Program-made: the position numbers and the translations under genes
From: Acutalibacteraceae bacterium
GTDB lineage: Bacteria; Bacillota; Clostridia; Oscillospirales; Acutalibacteraceae
Direction: 5' to 3'
Assembly (NCBI GenBank): GCA_045591645.1
Contig: JAZNTG010000001.1
Span: 942 to 64,941 of the forward strand
DNA length: 64,000 nt
The notes under the pieces: model-generated
Told to the model about the DNA's origin: nothing
Database searches by the model: none
The model's input: only the letters and a program-made list of their open reading frames with translations
Shown: positions 40,687 through 51,188 of the stretch, one piece after another
Layout: each line of letters opens with the position of its first letter
Position numbering within the stretch: the first letter of the stretch is position 1

Positions 40687-41964
40687 TCAGTGTTTTTGTA
40701 ATACTGCGGCGAAAAATCCGTCTGAAGCATCATTCTGAGGCAAAAAGGTTTTAGCCTCAAGTAATTCGTAATTATTGTGTGTATGAAGAAAAGTGCTAAC
40801 TACCTGCTCATTCTCACGCTTACAGAGAGTACAGGTAGAATAAAGCAGCCTTCCGCCTCTTTTAAGATAACGGTCTGCGTTAATGAGTATTTTTTTCTGA
40901 AGCTGATTAAGCTCATCGAAATTGTCAGGTTTTCTGTATTTGATGTCAGGCTTGCGTCTAAGCACTCCGAGCCCTGAACACGGCACATCACATATTATCT
41001 TATCAAACTCACCGAGACCTTCTTTAAAAACAGAGGCGTCGCTTATCTCAGTGCAAATATTCTCAAAGCCGAGCCTCTCTGCACCGGCTTTAATAAGCTC
41101 GACACGCTGTGCGTAAAAATCCAAAGCGACAATACTGATATTATCTGCAGAAGTCGCTGCTGTAAATGCTTTTCCGCCCGGTGCCGAGCACATATCCAAC
41201 ACGCGGTCATTATTATTAATATCAAGCATCGAGATCGCGCGCTGACAAGAAATATCCTGAACGTGAAAAAGACCCTGTTTATACGCTTTTAAACCGTCTA
41301 TGGAAGAATATCCCCTAATTTCAAGTGCATTTTCCGTATTAGTAATTACTGCGTCTACATTCTCAGCCGACAAAAGCTCACAAAGCTCTAAAGCAGATAT
41401 TTTTCTTGTGTTGACGCGAATATATGTGGGTGGCGGTAAAAGTGTTTCTTTTAAAAACTGCTCGGCTGTCTCTACCGAAAGATCATTGACCAAAATATTA
41501 ACTATCCACTCAGGACAGGAATATCTGACCATCATATCATAAGCCGAATTACCGCTTGGTAGCTTTATCTCACTTCGGGTAATATTCCTGAGCACACCGT
41601 TAACAAAGCCCGCACCGTAGGACTCCTTTGAAGCTTTCACAAGCTTTACGGCTTCGTTTACAGCGGCAGAGTCAGGTATTTTATCCATATACTTCATCTG
41701 ATAAACCGCGCTTCTCAGCACATTCATCGTGAACGGTTTAATTTTATTAAAGCCTGTTTTTATAAACTGCTTTAATATAAAGTCAATGGTTATTTTTCTG
41801 TCTAACGTGCCGTAGAAAATTGAGGTGCAAAGCGCCTTATCCTCACGCGAGAGCTCATATTCACGGAAAAGAGAATTAAGCGTAATATTTGAATAGGCAC
41901 CGTCTGCATCGACCCTGCAAAGAGCCCTTACAGCAAGGCCTCTCGGACTTATCTTACTGCTCAC
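40687..41964 (-). CDS. rsmB: 16S rRNA (cytosine967-C5)-methyltransferase RsmB
   Basis: NusB-like N-domain plus DMCSAPGGK and DVPCSG motifs. Confidence 0.93.
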   Translation of the reverse strand: MSSKISPRGLAVRALCRVDADGAYSNITLNSLFREYELSREDKALCTSIFYGTLDRKITIDFILKQFIKTGFNKIKPFTMNVLRSAVYQMKYMDKIPDSAAVNEAVKLVKASKESYGAGFVNGVLRNITRSEIKLPSGNSAYDMMVRYSCPEWIVNILVNDLSVETAEQFLKETLLPPPTYIRVNTRKISALELCELLSAENVDAVITNTENALEIRGYSSIDGLKAYKQGLFHVQDISCQRAISMLDINNNDRVLDMCSAPGGKAFTAATSADNISIVALDFYAQRVELIKAGAERLGFENICTEISDASVFKEGLGEFDKIICDVPCSGLGVLRRKPDIKYRKPDNFDELNQLQKKILINADRYLKRGGRLLYSTCTLCKRENEQVVSTFLHTHNNYELLEAKTFLPQNDASDGFFAAVLQKH

Positions 41965-42889
41965 TGCTTATCACTGTACCCTTCTCTATCGAATGGCCCT
42001 TAAGATAGTCAGCAGCAGACATTCTCTTTGAACCCTCAGGCTGTATTTCACATAGCAAAACACAATTTCCGTCGCCGCAAGATATCACAAGCTCAGTATC
42101 AGACTTTACAACCGTTCCTGCAGGCTTATCGGTCGAAAATGACAAGCGGGACGAAAGCACCTTGACACGCTTACCGTGTAAAAAGAAGTAGGCCGCAGGC
42201 CACGAATAAAATCCGCGTATAAGATTATGGATTTCAGCAGCAGATTTTGTAAAATCAATATGACCCATTTCTCGGGTAATTATCGGTGCGTAGGTGGATA
42301 AAGAATCGTCCTGTTTTTCGGGAATAATACTTCCCTCTTCAAGTCCAATAAGTGTCTTTATCATTAAGTCAGCGCCGATAGGTGACAAACGGTCGTGAAG
42401 CTCCTCGCCTGTTTCGTTTTCACCTATCACTACTTCCTCTTTGAGAAGCATATCACCTGTATCAAGGCCCTTTTCCATCAGCATTGTAGTAATACCTGTT
42501 ACCTTATCTCCGCATACAATCGACCACTGTATCGGTGATGCTCCTCTGTGTCGCGGAAGCAACGAAGCATGACCGTTTACGCATCCGTATTTCGGGATAT
42601 TCAGTATTACCTCTGGAAGAATTTTGCCGTATGCTACAACAACGATAACATCAGGTGAAAGCTCTTGTATCTGCTTTGTAACATCATCACTTTTAAGTGT
42701 TACTGGCTGATACACAGGAATACCGTATTTTTCAGCACAAGCCTTTACAGGCGGCGGAGTTAATATCTGCTTTCTTCCAACAGCCTTATCAGGTTGAGTA
42801 AAAACTGCTGAGACCTTATGCTCTGATGAAATCAAGGCTTCAAGTGTAGGAACTGCGAAATCGGGGGTTCCCATAAAAACGATTCTCAT
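41954..42889 (-). CDS. fmt: Methionyl-tRNA formyltransferase
   Basis: MRIVFMGTPDFAVP and HASLLPRHRGASPIQ motifs. Confidence 0.96.
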   Translation of the reverse strand: MRIVFMGTPDFAVPTLEALISSEHKVSAVFTQPDKAVGRKQILTPPPVKACAEKYGIPVYQPVTLKSDDVTKQIQELSPDVIVVVAYGKILPEVILNIPKYGCVNGHASLLPRHRGASPIQWSIVCGDKVTGITTMLMEKGLDTGDMLLKEEVVIGENETGEELHDRLSPIGADLMIKTLIGLEEGSIIPEKQDDSLSTYAPIITREMGHIDFTKSAAEIHNLIRGFYSWPAAYFFLHGKRVKVLSSRLSFSTDKPAGTVVKSDTELVISCGDGNCVLLCEIQPEGSKRMSAADYLKGHSIEKGTVISSEQ

Positions 42890-42893
42890 AAAA

Positions 42894-43337
42894 CTATCCT
42901 TTAATCAGTCGGTCTTTATAAACTATACCGTCAAGGTGATCTATCTCATGGCAAAATGCTCGAGCTTTCAGACCTTTGCCCTCGACCGTAAAGGTCTCAC
43001 CATTTCTGTTCTGAGCTCTTACCTTAACATTCATAGGACGCCTTGTTTTTCCGTACTCACCAGGGAAAGAAAGACAGCCCTCTTCCTCCTCCTGTACACC
43101 GCTTTTTTCAACGATAACAGGGTTAATAAGCTCAATAAGACCGTCGCCTACATCAACGATGCAAACTCTGCGAAGAACACCGATCTGCGAAGCGGCAAGT
43201 CCGCAGCCGTCGGCTTTATACATCGTTTCAGCCATATCGTCAAGCAGCTGAGCCAACCTGTCATCAAAGGTGAGCTGACTTCTGCATACCTTGCGCAGCA
43301 CATCGTCACCGTTTTTTACAATATTACGAACTGCCAT
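42894..43337 (-). CDS. def: Peptide deformylase
   Basis: GLAASQIG, EGCLS and HEIDHL motifs. Confidence 0.96.
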   Translation of the reverse strand: MAVRNIVKNGDDVLRKVCRSQLTFDDRLAQLLDDMAETMYKADGCGLAASQIGVLRRVCIVDVGDGLIELINPVIVEKSGVQEEEEGCLSFPGEYGKTRRPMNVKVRAQNRNGETFTVEGKGLKARAFCHEIDHLDGIVYKDRLIKG

Positions 43338-43348
43338 ATATTCCTCCG

Positions 43349-45760
43349 TTAAATAATGGTTTCGGGATTGATATCAATAAAAACTGAGGTATCTTTGTCA
43401 CATTTGACCGATACTGCACTTCTCAGCATATCTCTGAAGCGTTTAGAATTTTTTGCTTTGATTATCATTCTATAGCGGTATTTATTGTTGACTCTGGGCA
43501 TTCCTGCAACCGCAGGACCGAGAATAATGAGTTTTACATCGCTGTACTCACTGTCAACAAGAGCTTTTATTTTATCAAACACCTTTGTGATTGCCTCCTC
43601 AGCTAAATCTCTCGACTCTGAAGAGGCGGCTATGACAGCGATATCACAATAAGGCGGATATATCATCAGTTTTCGGGTCAGAATTTCCTGATTATAGAAG
43701 GTATCATAATCCTGACTTGCCGCAAGGCGGATAAGATTACTGTCAGGATCTGCGGTCTGAATGACAGCAAGACCCCTATCTTCACCTCTGCCTGCGCGAC
43801 CGAGCACCTGAGTCAGAAGTGAGAACGAGCGTTCAAAGCTGCGATAATCACTACTGTTTGTAGCACTGTCAGCACCAAGAACACCAACTACCGTGACGTT
43901 AGGAAAATCAAGCCCCTTTGCGACCATTTGTGTTCCGAGCATTATATCGTACTCACCCTTCGAAAAGGCATCCAAATGTTCTGAAAAAGAGCCTCTTGAA
44001 GTCGTACTGTCTGCATCAAGACGAAGTATATGAGCTTCAGGAAATGTCACCTTAAGCTCTTCTTCAACACGCTGGGTACCTATTCCCATAAATCTGAACT
44101 TTCCGCCCGTGCAAGACGGACAATCATTGCGAACTGCCTCGCTGTATCCGCAATAATGGCAGATAACTCTTCGGTTCGCAGAGTGGTAAGTCATAGAAAC
44201 ACTGCAGTTAGGACAGGTTGCTACATACCCACAGCTGGGACAGGAAATATAGGTATTATGTCCTCTGCGGTTTAAAAGAACGATAGCCTGCTTTTTGTCC
44301 TCTAATGCTGTAAATATAGCTTCATTAAGTTCTCGACTGAGCGCAGAGGTATTGCCCTTTGTAAGTTCTCTTCGCATATCTACCGTTCTGACTTCAGGTA
44401 AAACGGCAGAGCCATAACGCCGAGACAGCTTACAGATACTGTACTTACCGCTCATTGCAGAGGAATAGGTCTCGATAGACGGAGTAGCAGATGCCAGCAC
44501 TAAAAGCGATTTATTATATGAAGTACGAAATTTCGCAAGCTCACGTGCATGAAATCTCGGCGATTTTTCCGACTTATAGGTATGTTCCTGCTCTTCATCA
44601 ATGATGATGAGCGAAAGATTCTTAACAGGGGCAAAAATAGCAGAGCGCGTGCCTATCGCAACAAGAGCCTCGCCGTTTTTGACCCTTTTAAATTCATCCA
44701 TTCTTTGTCCTACCGACATAGCAGAATGGAAAACTGCAATATTTTTACCGAAATGCTTACCGAAACGAGCAATAGTCTGCGGAGTAAGCGAGATCTCAGG
44801 CACCATTACGATAACGCCCTTTCCCCCACTTACCGCTCTTTCACAAAGCTTTAAAAATACGCTTGTTTTTCCGCTGCCTGTAACGCCGTAAAGCAGAGAC
44901 ACCTCGGGCTTGTCAGATTCATATAGTGATGACAGCTTACTGTAAGCCGCCGCTTGTTCTTGTGTAAGCTCTATTGTGTTATTTTTCGAATAAATAGCAT
45001 CGTAGTCGGGAGTTCTGTAAACATCCTTATCAAATATTTCTATAAGCCCTTTATTAGCAAGAGTATTAACTACCGAAGCCGAAACACCCGTGAAATAGAT
45101 TATCTCTTTTACACTTATACTGCCCATATCAAAAATGAGATCGGCAACGCTGCGCTGCTTCTCGGTGAGAACTGTATCCTCAAGCACCTCACGGGATACT
45201 ATGACCCGCGCGGATTTAAGGGTTGCGTCACCCATTTTACGCGTTGCATTAGCGCTTTTTCTAAGCTCACCCTTTGCTACCATCTCGGTCAGCTTTTTCT
45301 CGCTCAAAAAGTCAAAAGCCGAAATGAGACTATCCTTAGAAACAAAGGGATTATTTTTAAAAAAATCACATAGCTCGTCTGCGCATTCGCTAAAGGGAGT
45401 TTCACCCTTGGAATACAGGTCATCCACCTTAAAACCGATACCTACAGGCAAAGCGGCCTTTACAGCGTCAAAGTATGTGCAAAACAGATTGTTGTGCATC
45501 CACTCGCACATAGCGATAAGCTCATCACTCAAAACAGGCTCAGAATCTATTACACTGATAAGTGATTTGTACTTAATATCAGTATCTACATCATCAACGC
45601 TCATAATAAGCCCTTGTCTCGCCTGATTTCCTTTACCGAAGGGAACGAGAACGCGACAGCCTACACGTGCAGAATCAAGAAGAGCATCGGGCACAAGATA
45701 ACCGTAAGGCTTATCAAACGAATATGCCGTCTGTTCGATAACAACATTAGCTATACGCAT
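43349..45760 (-). CDS. priA: Primosomal protein N' (PriA helicase)
   Basis: GVTGSGKT and DEEQ motifs plus a Cys-rich insertion (CPSC..CPNC..CHYC..CPSC). Confidence 0.96.
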   Translation of the reverse strand: MRIANVVIEQTAYSFDKPYGYLVPDALLDSARVGCRVLVPFGKGNQARQGLIMSVDDVDTDIKYKSLISVIDSEPVLSDELIAMCEWMHNNLFCTYFDAVKAALPVGIGFKVDDLYSKGETPFSECADELCDFFKNNPFVSKDSLISAFDFLSEKKLTEMVAKGELRKSANATRKMGDATLKSARVIVSREVLEDTVLTEKQRSVADLIFDMGSISVKEIIYFTGVSASVVNTLANKGLIEIFDKDVYRTPDYDAIYSKNNTIELTQEQAAAYSKLSSLYESDKPEVSLLYGVTGSGKTSVFLKLCERAVSGGKGVIVMVPEISLTPQTIARFGKHFGKNIAVFHSAMSVGQRMDEFKRVKNGEALVAIGTRSAIFAPVKNLSLIIIDEEQEHTYKSEKSPRFHARELAKFRTSYNKSLLVLASATPSIETYSSAMSGKYSICKLSRRYGSAVLPEVRTVDMRRELTKGNTSALSRELNEAIFTALEDKKQAIVLLNRRGHNTYISCPSCGYVATCPNCSVSMTYHSANRRVICHYCGYSEAVRNDCPSCTGGKFRFMGIGTQRVEEELKVTFPEAHILRLDADSTTSRGSFSEHLDAFSKGEYDIMLGTQMVAKGLDFPNVTVVGVLGADSATNSSDYRSFERSFSLLTQVLGRAGRGEDRGLAVIQTADPDSNLIRLAASQDYDTFYNQEILTRKLMIYPPYCDIAVIAASSESRDLAEEAITKVFDKIKALVDSEYSDVKLIILGPAVAGMPRVNNKYRYRMIIKAKNSKRFRDMLRSAVSVKCDKDTSVFIDINPETII

Positions 45761-45792
45761 CTATTAAGCCTCCCGATGTTTAATAGTGTTAA

Positions 45793-45972
45793 TTAATCCT
45801 CAATATCCTTTGCCATTTCATTGATAGCGATAGTGACAGGCTTCTCAATAAGAATTTCTTCTCTTGCCTCATACTCTTCCGAAATAGCTCTTGCATTCTT
45901 TGCTATCTTATTTACAAGAGCATAGCGGTTGTCACAGTTGTCGATAAGCTTACCGATTGCAGGATTTAACAT
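45793..45972 (-). CDS. rpoZ: DNA-directed RNA polymerase subunit omega (59 aa, below the ORF-track cutoff)
   Basis: My own translation is [33 protein letters not shown].... It is in the conserved position after gmk, and its ATG overlaps the gmk stop. Confidence 0.8.
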   Translation of the reverse strand: MLNPAIGKLIDNCDNRYALVNKIAKNARAISEEYEAREEILIEKPVTIAINEMAKDIED

Positions 45973-46574
45973 TTTGAAAGCACCTCATTGACTAAATGTA
46001 TTTTTTTGTTTGTTTTATTTCTTTCAGATTTAATTATTGACACAAAATCATCAACAGCCTCGGATAAATCATCATTAACGACGATATAATCATATTCCGA
46101 AGCACGTGATATTTCGTTAAGAGCCTCATCAAGACGTTTCTGTACAAGCTCCTCAGACTCAGTTCCTCTGCCTGAAAGACGCCCTTTTAGCACCTCAAAT
46201 GAAGGTGGCATTATAAAGATCGAAACAGCCTTGGGAAGCTTTTCTCTGATCTGGGCAGCACCGTTAACATCAACTTCGATTATTATCTCGCCACCGTTAT
46301 TCATAACCTCTTCTACAGGCTTACGCGGTGTGCCGTAATAATTATCAAGGTATTTATTGAACTCTAAAAGCTCATCATTCTGAAGCATATTAAGGAAAGT
46401 ATCAACCGAAATGAAGTTGTATTTATCCCCTTCTACCTCACCTGCTCGCATAGCGCGAGTAATACTTGAGATCGAAAACTTTATATCAGGAACTGCCTCA
46501 AATACTTTTTTTAGTATCGTATCCTTACCCGAGCCTGACGGACCCGAAACTATTAAAACCGTACCCTTACTCAT
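45966..46574 (-). CDS. gmk: Guanylate kinase
   Basis: [10 protein letters not shown]-loop and TTR-type motif. The start is at ATG 46574 with GGAGGA 8 nt upstream. Confidence 0.95.
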   Translation of the reverse strand: MSKGTVLIVSGPSGSGKDTILKKVFEAVPDIKFSISSITRAMRAGEVEGDKYNFISVDTFLNMLQNDELLEFNKYLDNYYGTPRKPVEEVMNNGGEIIIEVDVNGAAQIREKLPKAVSIFIMPPSFEVLKGRLSGRGTESEELVQKRLDEALNEISRASEYDYIVVNDDLSEAVDDFVSIIKSERNKTNKKIHLVNEVLSKC

Positions 46575-46833
46575 AGTCCCTATCCTCCGATATTTTAAAA
46601 TCAGGGTCAATACGCTGACCGATGACCTCGGCAGGAAGATTAGAAAGCACTAAAAGCTCGCTGTCGGTAACTATCACCGACTTGGTTTTACGTCCCTGAG
46701 TGGCATCAATAAGACTACCTGCTTCCTTTGCTTCCTGTACAAGTCTTTTAATAGGGGCGGATTCGGGACTTACAATAGAGACTATTCTATCGCAGGACAC
46801 CATATTACCAAAGCCTATATTTACTAACTTCAT
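46567..46833 (-). CDS. remA: RemA/YlzA (DUF370) regulatory protein
   Basis: [30 protein letters not shown] is the RemA signature. Confidence 0.9.
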   Translation of the reverse strand: MKLVNIGFGNMVSCDRIVSIVSPESAPIKRLVQEAKEAGSLIDATQGRKTKSVIVTDSELLVLSNLPAEVIGQRIDPDFKISEDRDYE

Positions 46834-46842
46834 AAAGACATC

Positions 46843-47721
46843 CTATTCTATGTTCTGAATTTGTTCTCTGATCTTTTCTATTTCAGCTTTAATGTCGACC
46901 ACAGTCTGCGCAATATCAAGATTCTGCGCCTTTGAGCCGATAGTATTTGTTTCTCTGTTCATTTCCTGAACGATAAAATCAAGCTTTCTGCCAACCGCCT
47001 CGCCCGAATCAAGCATAGTACATAACTGTTCGATGTGACTGCGAAGTCTGACGGTTTCTTCAGCGACTGCAACCTTATCGGCGAAAATAGCGACCTCTGT
47101 AATAACCCTGGCTTCATCAAATTGCGCGGCACCCAGAAGCTCCTTGATCTTATTTTCAAGCCGCTCTCTGTAAGCGGCAACCGTCTCTGGCGACCTTTCT
47201 TCTACAAAGGATACTCGCTCTAAAATAGTCTCAACTCTCGACTTCACATCATCAAAGAGCTTTTTACCCTCAGTCTGACGCATTAAAATAAAGTTATCAA
47301 CAGCCTCTGCCGCAACACCGAGCACATCCGCAGTGACAGTCTCCTCGTCAATATGACTGCGGCTGATAATAAAGGCGTCATTATTTCCGATGAAATCGGC
47401 ACAAGTAACCTTATTTTTGATCTTGTAGGTTTTTGCAAGCTCGTCCAGAGCAGACATATAAGAATCAAGATAACCTCGATTTAGCGAAACGCAGATATTA
47501 CTGCTGCCCTCACTCTCGATCGAAACAAACATCTCTATCTTGCCGCGTGAAATTCTGCCTTGAAGATAGCTCTTCAGCTTGTCCTCCAAAAACAGATATC
47601 CTCTCGGAAGACGGCAGTTAAATTCAAAATATCTTGAATTGACCGATTTCAGTTCAACTGTGATATTCAGTCCCGAACGGGAGCTTTGCGCACGTCCGAA
47701 GCCTGTCATACTGCAGATCAT
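46843..47721 (-). CDS. YicC/YloC-family stress-induced protein
   Basis: MTGFGRA N-terminus and C-terminal EMNRETNTIGSKA motif. Confidence 0.9.
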   Translation of the reverse strand: MICSMTGFGRAQSSRSGLNITVELKSVNSRYFEFNCRLPRGYLFLEDKLKSYLQGRISRGKIEMFVSIESEGSSNICVSLNRGYLDSYMSALDELAKTYKIKNKVTCADFIGNNDAFIISRSHIDEETVTADVLGVAAEAVDNFILMRQTEGKKLFDDVKSRVETILERVSFVEERSPETVAAYRERLENKIKELLGAAQFDEARVITEVAIFADKVAVAEETVRLRSHIEQLCTMLDSGEAVGRKLDFIVQEMNRETNTIGSKAQNLDIAQTVVDIKAEIEKIREQIQNIE

Positions 47722-47867
47722 AGCAATACCTCACCACTGTAAAAATAAATATTTATTCAATGTATTTTACCAAATAAATGCAGTGTTTGTCAACCTTTAC
47801 AGGCATTTGTAACTATTTTTAACCGGACCGAACAATAAGCTGTCCGATCCGGTCAAATGACATGATT

Positions 47868-50258
47868 TTAAATTTTTAACTCAACTATCGTTACTCCGCT
47901 CTCGCCCTCTCCGTAAACTCCCAGTCTGAAGGACTTGACATATCGGTGATTTTTGAGATAGGAATGAACAGCAGAGCGCAGTACACCGGTTCCTTTACCG
48001 TGGATTACGGTAACAGACGGAACACCCGATAAAACCGACTGATCAAGATAACGGTCAAGCTCCATAATTCCCTCATCAGCGTTCATTCCGCGCATATCGA
48101 ATTCAAATCGAGCGTCACGCTCGGCTATGGACTTAACACCGCTGATATTTCGGGTCTTGTTCTTAACAGGTGCTTTAGGCTTATCCTCCAAACGAAGATT
48201 ATCCACTTTTGTCCAGGTCTTAGCGGAGCCAATGGCTACAAGAGCCTTCTTGCCGTCTTTGGATATCTGCTCTACCGTTGCTTTTTCGTTCAGATCAAAC
48301 AGTGTTACAAGATCACCGACAACGATCAGTCGTGGAAGAACGTAATTATCCTTATCTCTTTTACCGACAGGGTCAGATGTATTCTCCATATCCCGTACAG
48401 TCTTCCCTACTGACTGCTTTGCGCGGGTCAGCATATCAGCGGCATTTGAAGCATTAAGCTGTTTTTTAGCATCTTCCAATTCACCGAGCAAACGATTTGA
48501 CTTATATCTTACATCATCAATAATATAAGCTGCGTCATTCTTTGCCTTTTCGAGAATTTTTTCTTTAGTCTGTTCGGCCTTTTTAAGAGCATCTTCAGCC
48601 ATTAATTTCAGCTCTGTGGCCTTAGCTCTCTCACGCTCAGCGGCTCGTTTTTCTTTTTCAGCATCCTGTCTTGCCTTCTCAAGTGCTTCAACAACATTTT
48701 CAAAGCGCAGATTCTCAGATGAAATATAGCTTCTGGCATCAAAAATTATATTATCTTTAATTCCTAATTTACCTGCAATCGCAAAAGCGTGTGATTTACC
48801 GGGTACTCCAAGCAGCAATCGGTAGGTCGGCCGCATACTCTCGACATCAAATTCACAGGAAGCATTTTCTACGCCCTCGGTATCGATAGCATAGCTTTTA
48901 AGCTCTGCATAGTGGGTAGTAGCTATAACCTTTGCGCCTGTTTGTGCCAGATGAATAAGCACAGCCTTTGCAAGCGCTGCGCCCTCTACAGGGTCTGTGC
49001 CTGCACCAAGCTCGTCAAGCAGAATAAGGGCGTTATTTGGCGCCTCTTCAATTATTTTTACTATATTAACGATATGAGAGGAAAAGGTCGAGAGCGATTG
49101 CTCAATGCTCTGCTCGTCTCCTATATCTACAAGAACTCTGTCAAAGAAGGATATCTCGCTACCGTCATCGGCGGGAATCATCATTCCGCACATAGTCATA
49201 GCAGTAAGAAGTCCGACAGTCTTTAATGTAACGGTTTTTCCACCTGTGTTTGGACCTGTAATAATGAGTGAATCGTATGTATCGCCGAGCGTCAGCGATA
49301 TCGGTACAACTCTTTTTCGGTCTATAAGCGGATGGCGAGCATTTTTAAGAACTATTTTTCCGTTACTATTAAGAACGGGTACAGTAGCCCTCATCTTATA
49401 TGCCAATGATGCTTTTGCAAAAATGAGATTTAACTCAACTGCGCATTTAAAGGAATCCTTAATAGCAGTTGCGAAGGTGGAGACCTCGGCTGAAAGCTCG
49501 GCGAGAATTCTCTCTATTTCCTCTCGTTCGGCAGAAGACAGTACCCGAAGTTCGTTATTTGCCTCGACAACACTCATAGGCTCAATAAATAGAGTTGCGC
49601 CCGACGAAGAGGTATCGTGCACTATACCTGAAATTTCGCTCTTGAATTCTGCTTTTACGGGAACTACAAAACGTCCGTCGCGTTGGGTAACTATGGCTTC
49701 TTGCAGATATTTTGCCTTTGTATGGCTTTTTACGATCGAATCAAGTTTATCCTTAATGCTTGCAGATACACCTCTCATCTTTCTTCTGATGCGCGAAAGC
49801 TCGGGAGAGGCAGAGTCATTTAACTCCTCAGAATTTTTTATAGCAAAATGAATTTTATCTTCTAAAAACTTATTAGGAAAAAGGCAGCTGAAAAGCTCGT
49901 CCAAAGAAGTTTTAAGCTCAGATGAAATATCACCTCGCCATTCCTTTAAAACACGTATAGTGCGCAGGGAATCTGCGATATCAAGAAGCTCAGCTATGCT
50001 AAGCACACCGCCCATCTCGCATCTTGTGAGCATACCTGTCGGATCAGACGGACTTCCGAAAGAGGGCGCGGCATATTTTGCGGAAAGTAAGAAAGCGTCC
50101 TCGGTCATTTTAAGCGACGAAAATACATCTTCAAAGTTATCAAAAGGCAATAGAGTCAAAGCCTTCTCCTTAGCAGGAGAAAGCGTTGCTTCATTACTTA
50201 GTAGCTTTAAAACCACGCCGAATTCAATTGTATTTAAATATTTTTCTTTTTCGTACAT
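47868..50258 (-). CDS. mutS2: Endonuclease MutS2
   Basis: MutS ATPase (GPNTGGKT, DELGAGTDP) and a C-terminal Smr domain (IHGKGTGVLR). Confidence 0.96.
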   Translation of the reverse strand: MYEKEKYLNTIEFGVVLKLLSNEATLSPAKEKALTLLPFDNFEDVFSSLKMTEDAFLLSAKYAAPSFGSPSDPTGMLTRCEMGGVLSIAELLDIADSLRTIRVLKEWRGDISSELKTSLDELFSCLFPNKFLEDKIHFAIKNSEELNDSASPELSRIRRKMRGVSASIKDKLDSIVKSHTKAKYLQEAIVTQRDGRFVVPVKAEFKSEISGIVHDTSSSGATLFIEPMSVVEANNELRVLSSAEREEIERILAELSAEVSTFATAIKDSFKCAVELNLIFAKASLAYKMRATVPVLNSNGKIVLKNARHPLIDRKRVVPISLTLGDTYDSLIITGPNTGGKTVTLKTVGLLTAMTMCGMMIPADDGSEISFFDRVLVDIGDEQSIEQSLSTFSSHIVNIVKIIEEAPNNALILLDELGAGTDPVEGAALAKAVLIHLAQTGAKVIATTHYAELKSYAIDTEGVENASCEFDVESMRPTYRLLLGVPGKSHAFAIAGKLGIKDNIIFDARSYISSENLRFENVVEALEKARQDAEKEKRAAERERAKATELKLMAEDALKKAEQTKEKILEKAKNDAAYIIDDVRYKSNRLLGELEDAKKQLNASNAADMLTRAKQSVGKTVRDMENTSDPVGKRDKDNYVLPRLIVVGDLVTLFDLNEKATVEQISKDGKKALVAIGSAKTWTKVDNLRLEDKPKAPVKNKTRNISGVKSIAERDARFEFDMRGMNADEGIMELDRYLDQSVLSGVPSVTVIHGKGTGVLRSAVHSYLKNHRYVKSFRLGVYGEGESGVTIVELKI

Positions 50259-50261
50259 ATG

Positions 50262-51020
50262 TTACATACCTTTAAAAAGTGAATTAAAAAATGATAAGGT
50301 CTTAAGCTTCTGCTCTGTCTTGTTTAAAAGATATCGCTCAGTAATGAGCGACAGCGCCTTTGCCGCGTCACTAGGAACAGAAAACAAAAAAAGCTTTGAA
50401 AGATCCGAATAAATAATATGACGAAGCGACATTAGCAAAGTAGAATTTATAACGGCGCAGTCGCTGTTATATTCGTGACACTCTCTGCAATAAAGACAGC
50501 CATCGTTTGTATCAAAATACATAATATCGTCTTCAAATTTTGCACAGTTCTTGCAAGCGACCAAATCGGGCAAATAGCCCGTTAGTGCCATAAGACGAAG
50601 CTCAAAAACAGCCTTCAGCAGAAAAATATCCATCCTTCGATTACTTAAAAAATGCAAAGAATTGAGTGCAAGCCTTAAAACCGATTCACAGTTTTCCGAA
50701 TTAGGCGCATGGTGGATACAAAGCTCGCAAAAATACTGCGCTAGCGACAATGCTTCAATATCGTCTCCCGCTTTAAAGAATATCTCTAACGGAGAAGCCT
50801 CTGAAATTCTGTATGTATCGCCCTTTCGGGTGAGCGTCACCGATGAATATGCAAGCAGACTTGTTGCGGCTCCCTTTTTACTTTTTATGGACCGCGCGCC
50901 CGGCGCATAAGCCTTTATAACTCCGTTGTGGCGCGAAAGCAAGGTGACGAGCCTGTCGCTCTCACCTATCTGCTGCTCCCTTATTACTAACGCATCCACT
51001 GTAAATCGGTCGGGTGTCAT
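50262..51020 (-). CDS. recO: DNA repair protein RecO
   Basis: OB-fold N-terminus (ALVIREQQIGESDRLVTLLS) and a Zn motif (CKNC...CREC). Start 51020 has a better SD than 51050. Confidence 0.88.
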   Translation of the reverse strand: MTPDRFTVDALVIREQQIGESDRLVTLLSRHNGVIKAYAPGARSIKSKKGAATSLLAYSSVTLTRKGDTYRISEASPLEIFFKAGDDIEALSLAQYFCELCIHHAPNSENCESVLRLALNSLHFLSNRRMDIFLLKAVFELRLMALTGYLPDLVACKNCAKFEDDIMYFDTNDGCLYCRECHEYNSDCAVINSTLLMSLRHIIYSDLSKLFLFSVPSDAAKALSLITERYLLNKTEQKLKTLSFFNSLFKGM

Positions 51021-51120
51021 CAATGAGCTTGCCTTCCTTTTTGAGCGCATCGGTATATTTCATATAGTAATATGCCGAGCCGTCCCTTAAAAATAACTGC
51101 CAATAAAGATCAGATACCAT
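50962..51120 (-). CDS. YqzL-family small protein (52 aa)
   Basis: GGAGG 5 nt before ATG 51120. DLYWQLFLRDGSAYYYMKY resembles YqzL, in the era-recO intergenic position as in Bacillus. The 3' end overlaps recO. Confidence 0.5.
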   Translation of the reverse strand: MVSDLYWQLFLRDGSAYYYMKYTDALKKEGKLIDDTRPIYSGCVSNKGAADR

Positions 51121-51188
51121 AAAAGCCTCCGCAAAAGTGATTTCAAAATTATTTTGCAGTGAAGCCATTAGAATTATGACAGGTAATT

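Noticed and set aside
49105-49851. 248-aa ORF antisense to mutS2, and similar cases at 45135-45626, 44954-45373, 6399-6863, 38223-38732, 19335-18871 and 13438-13881
   Set aside because: All lie opposite strongly motif-supported genes, have Ser/Leu-rich shadow composition and lack ribosome-binding sites.
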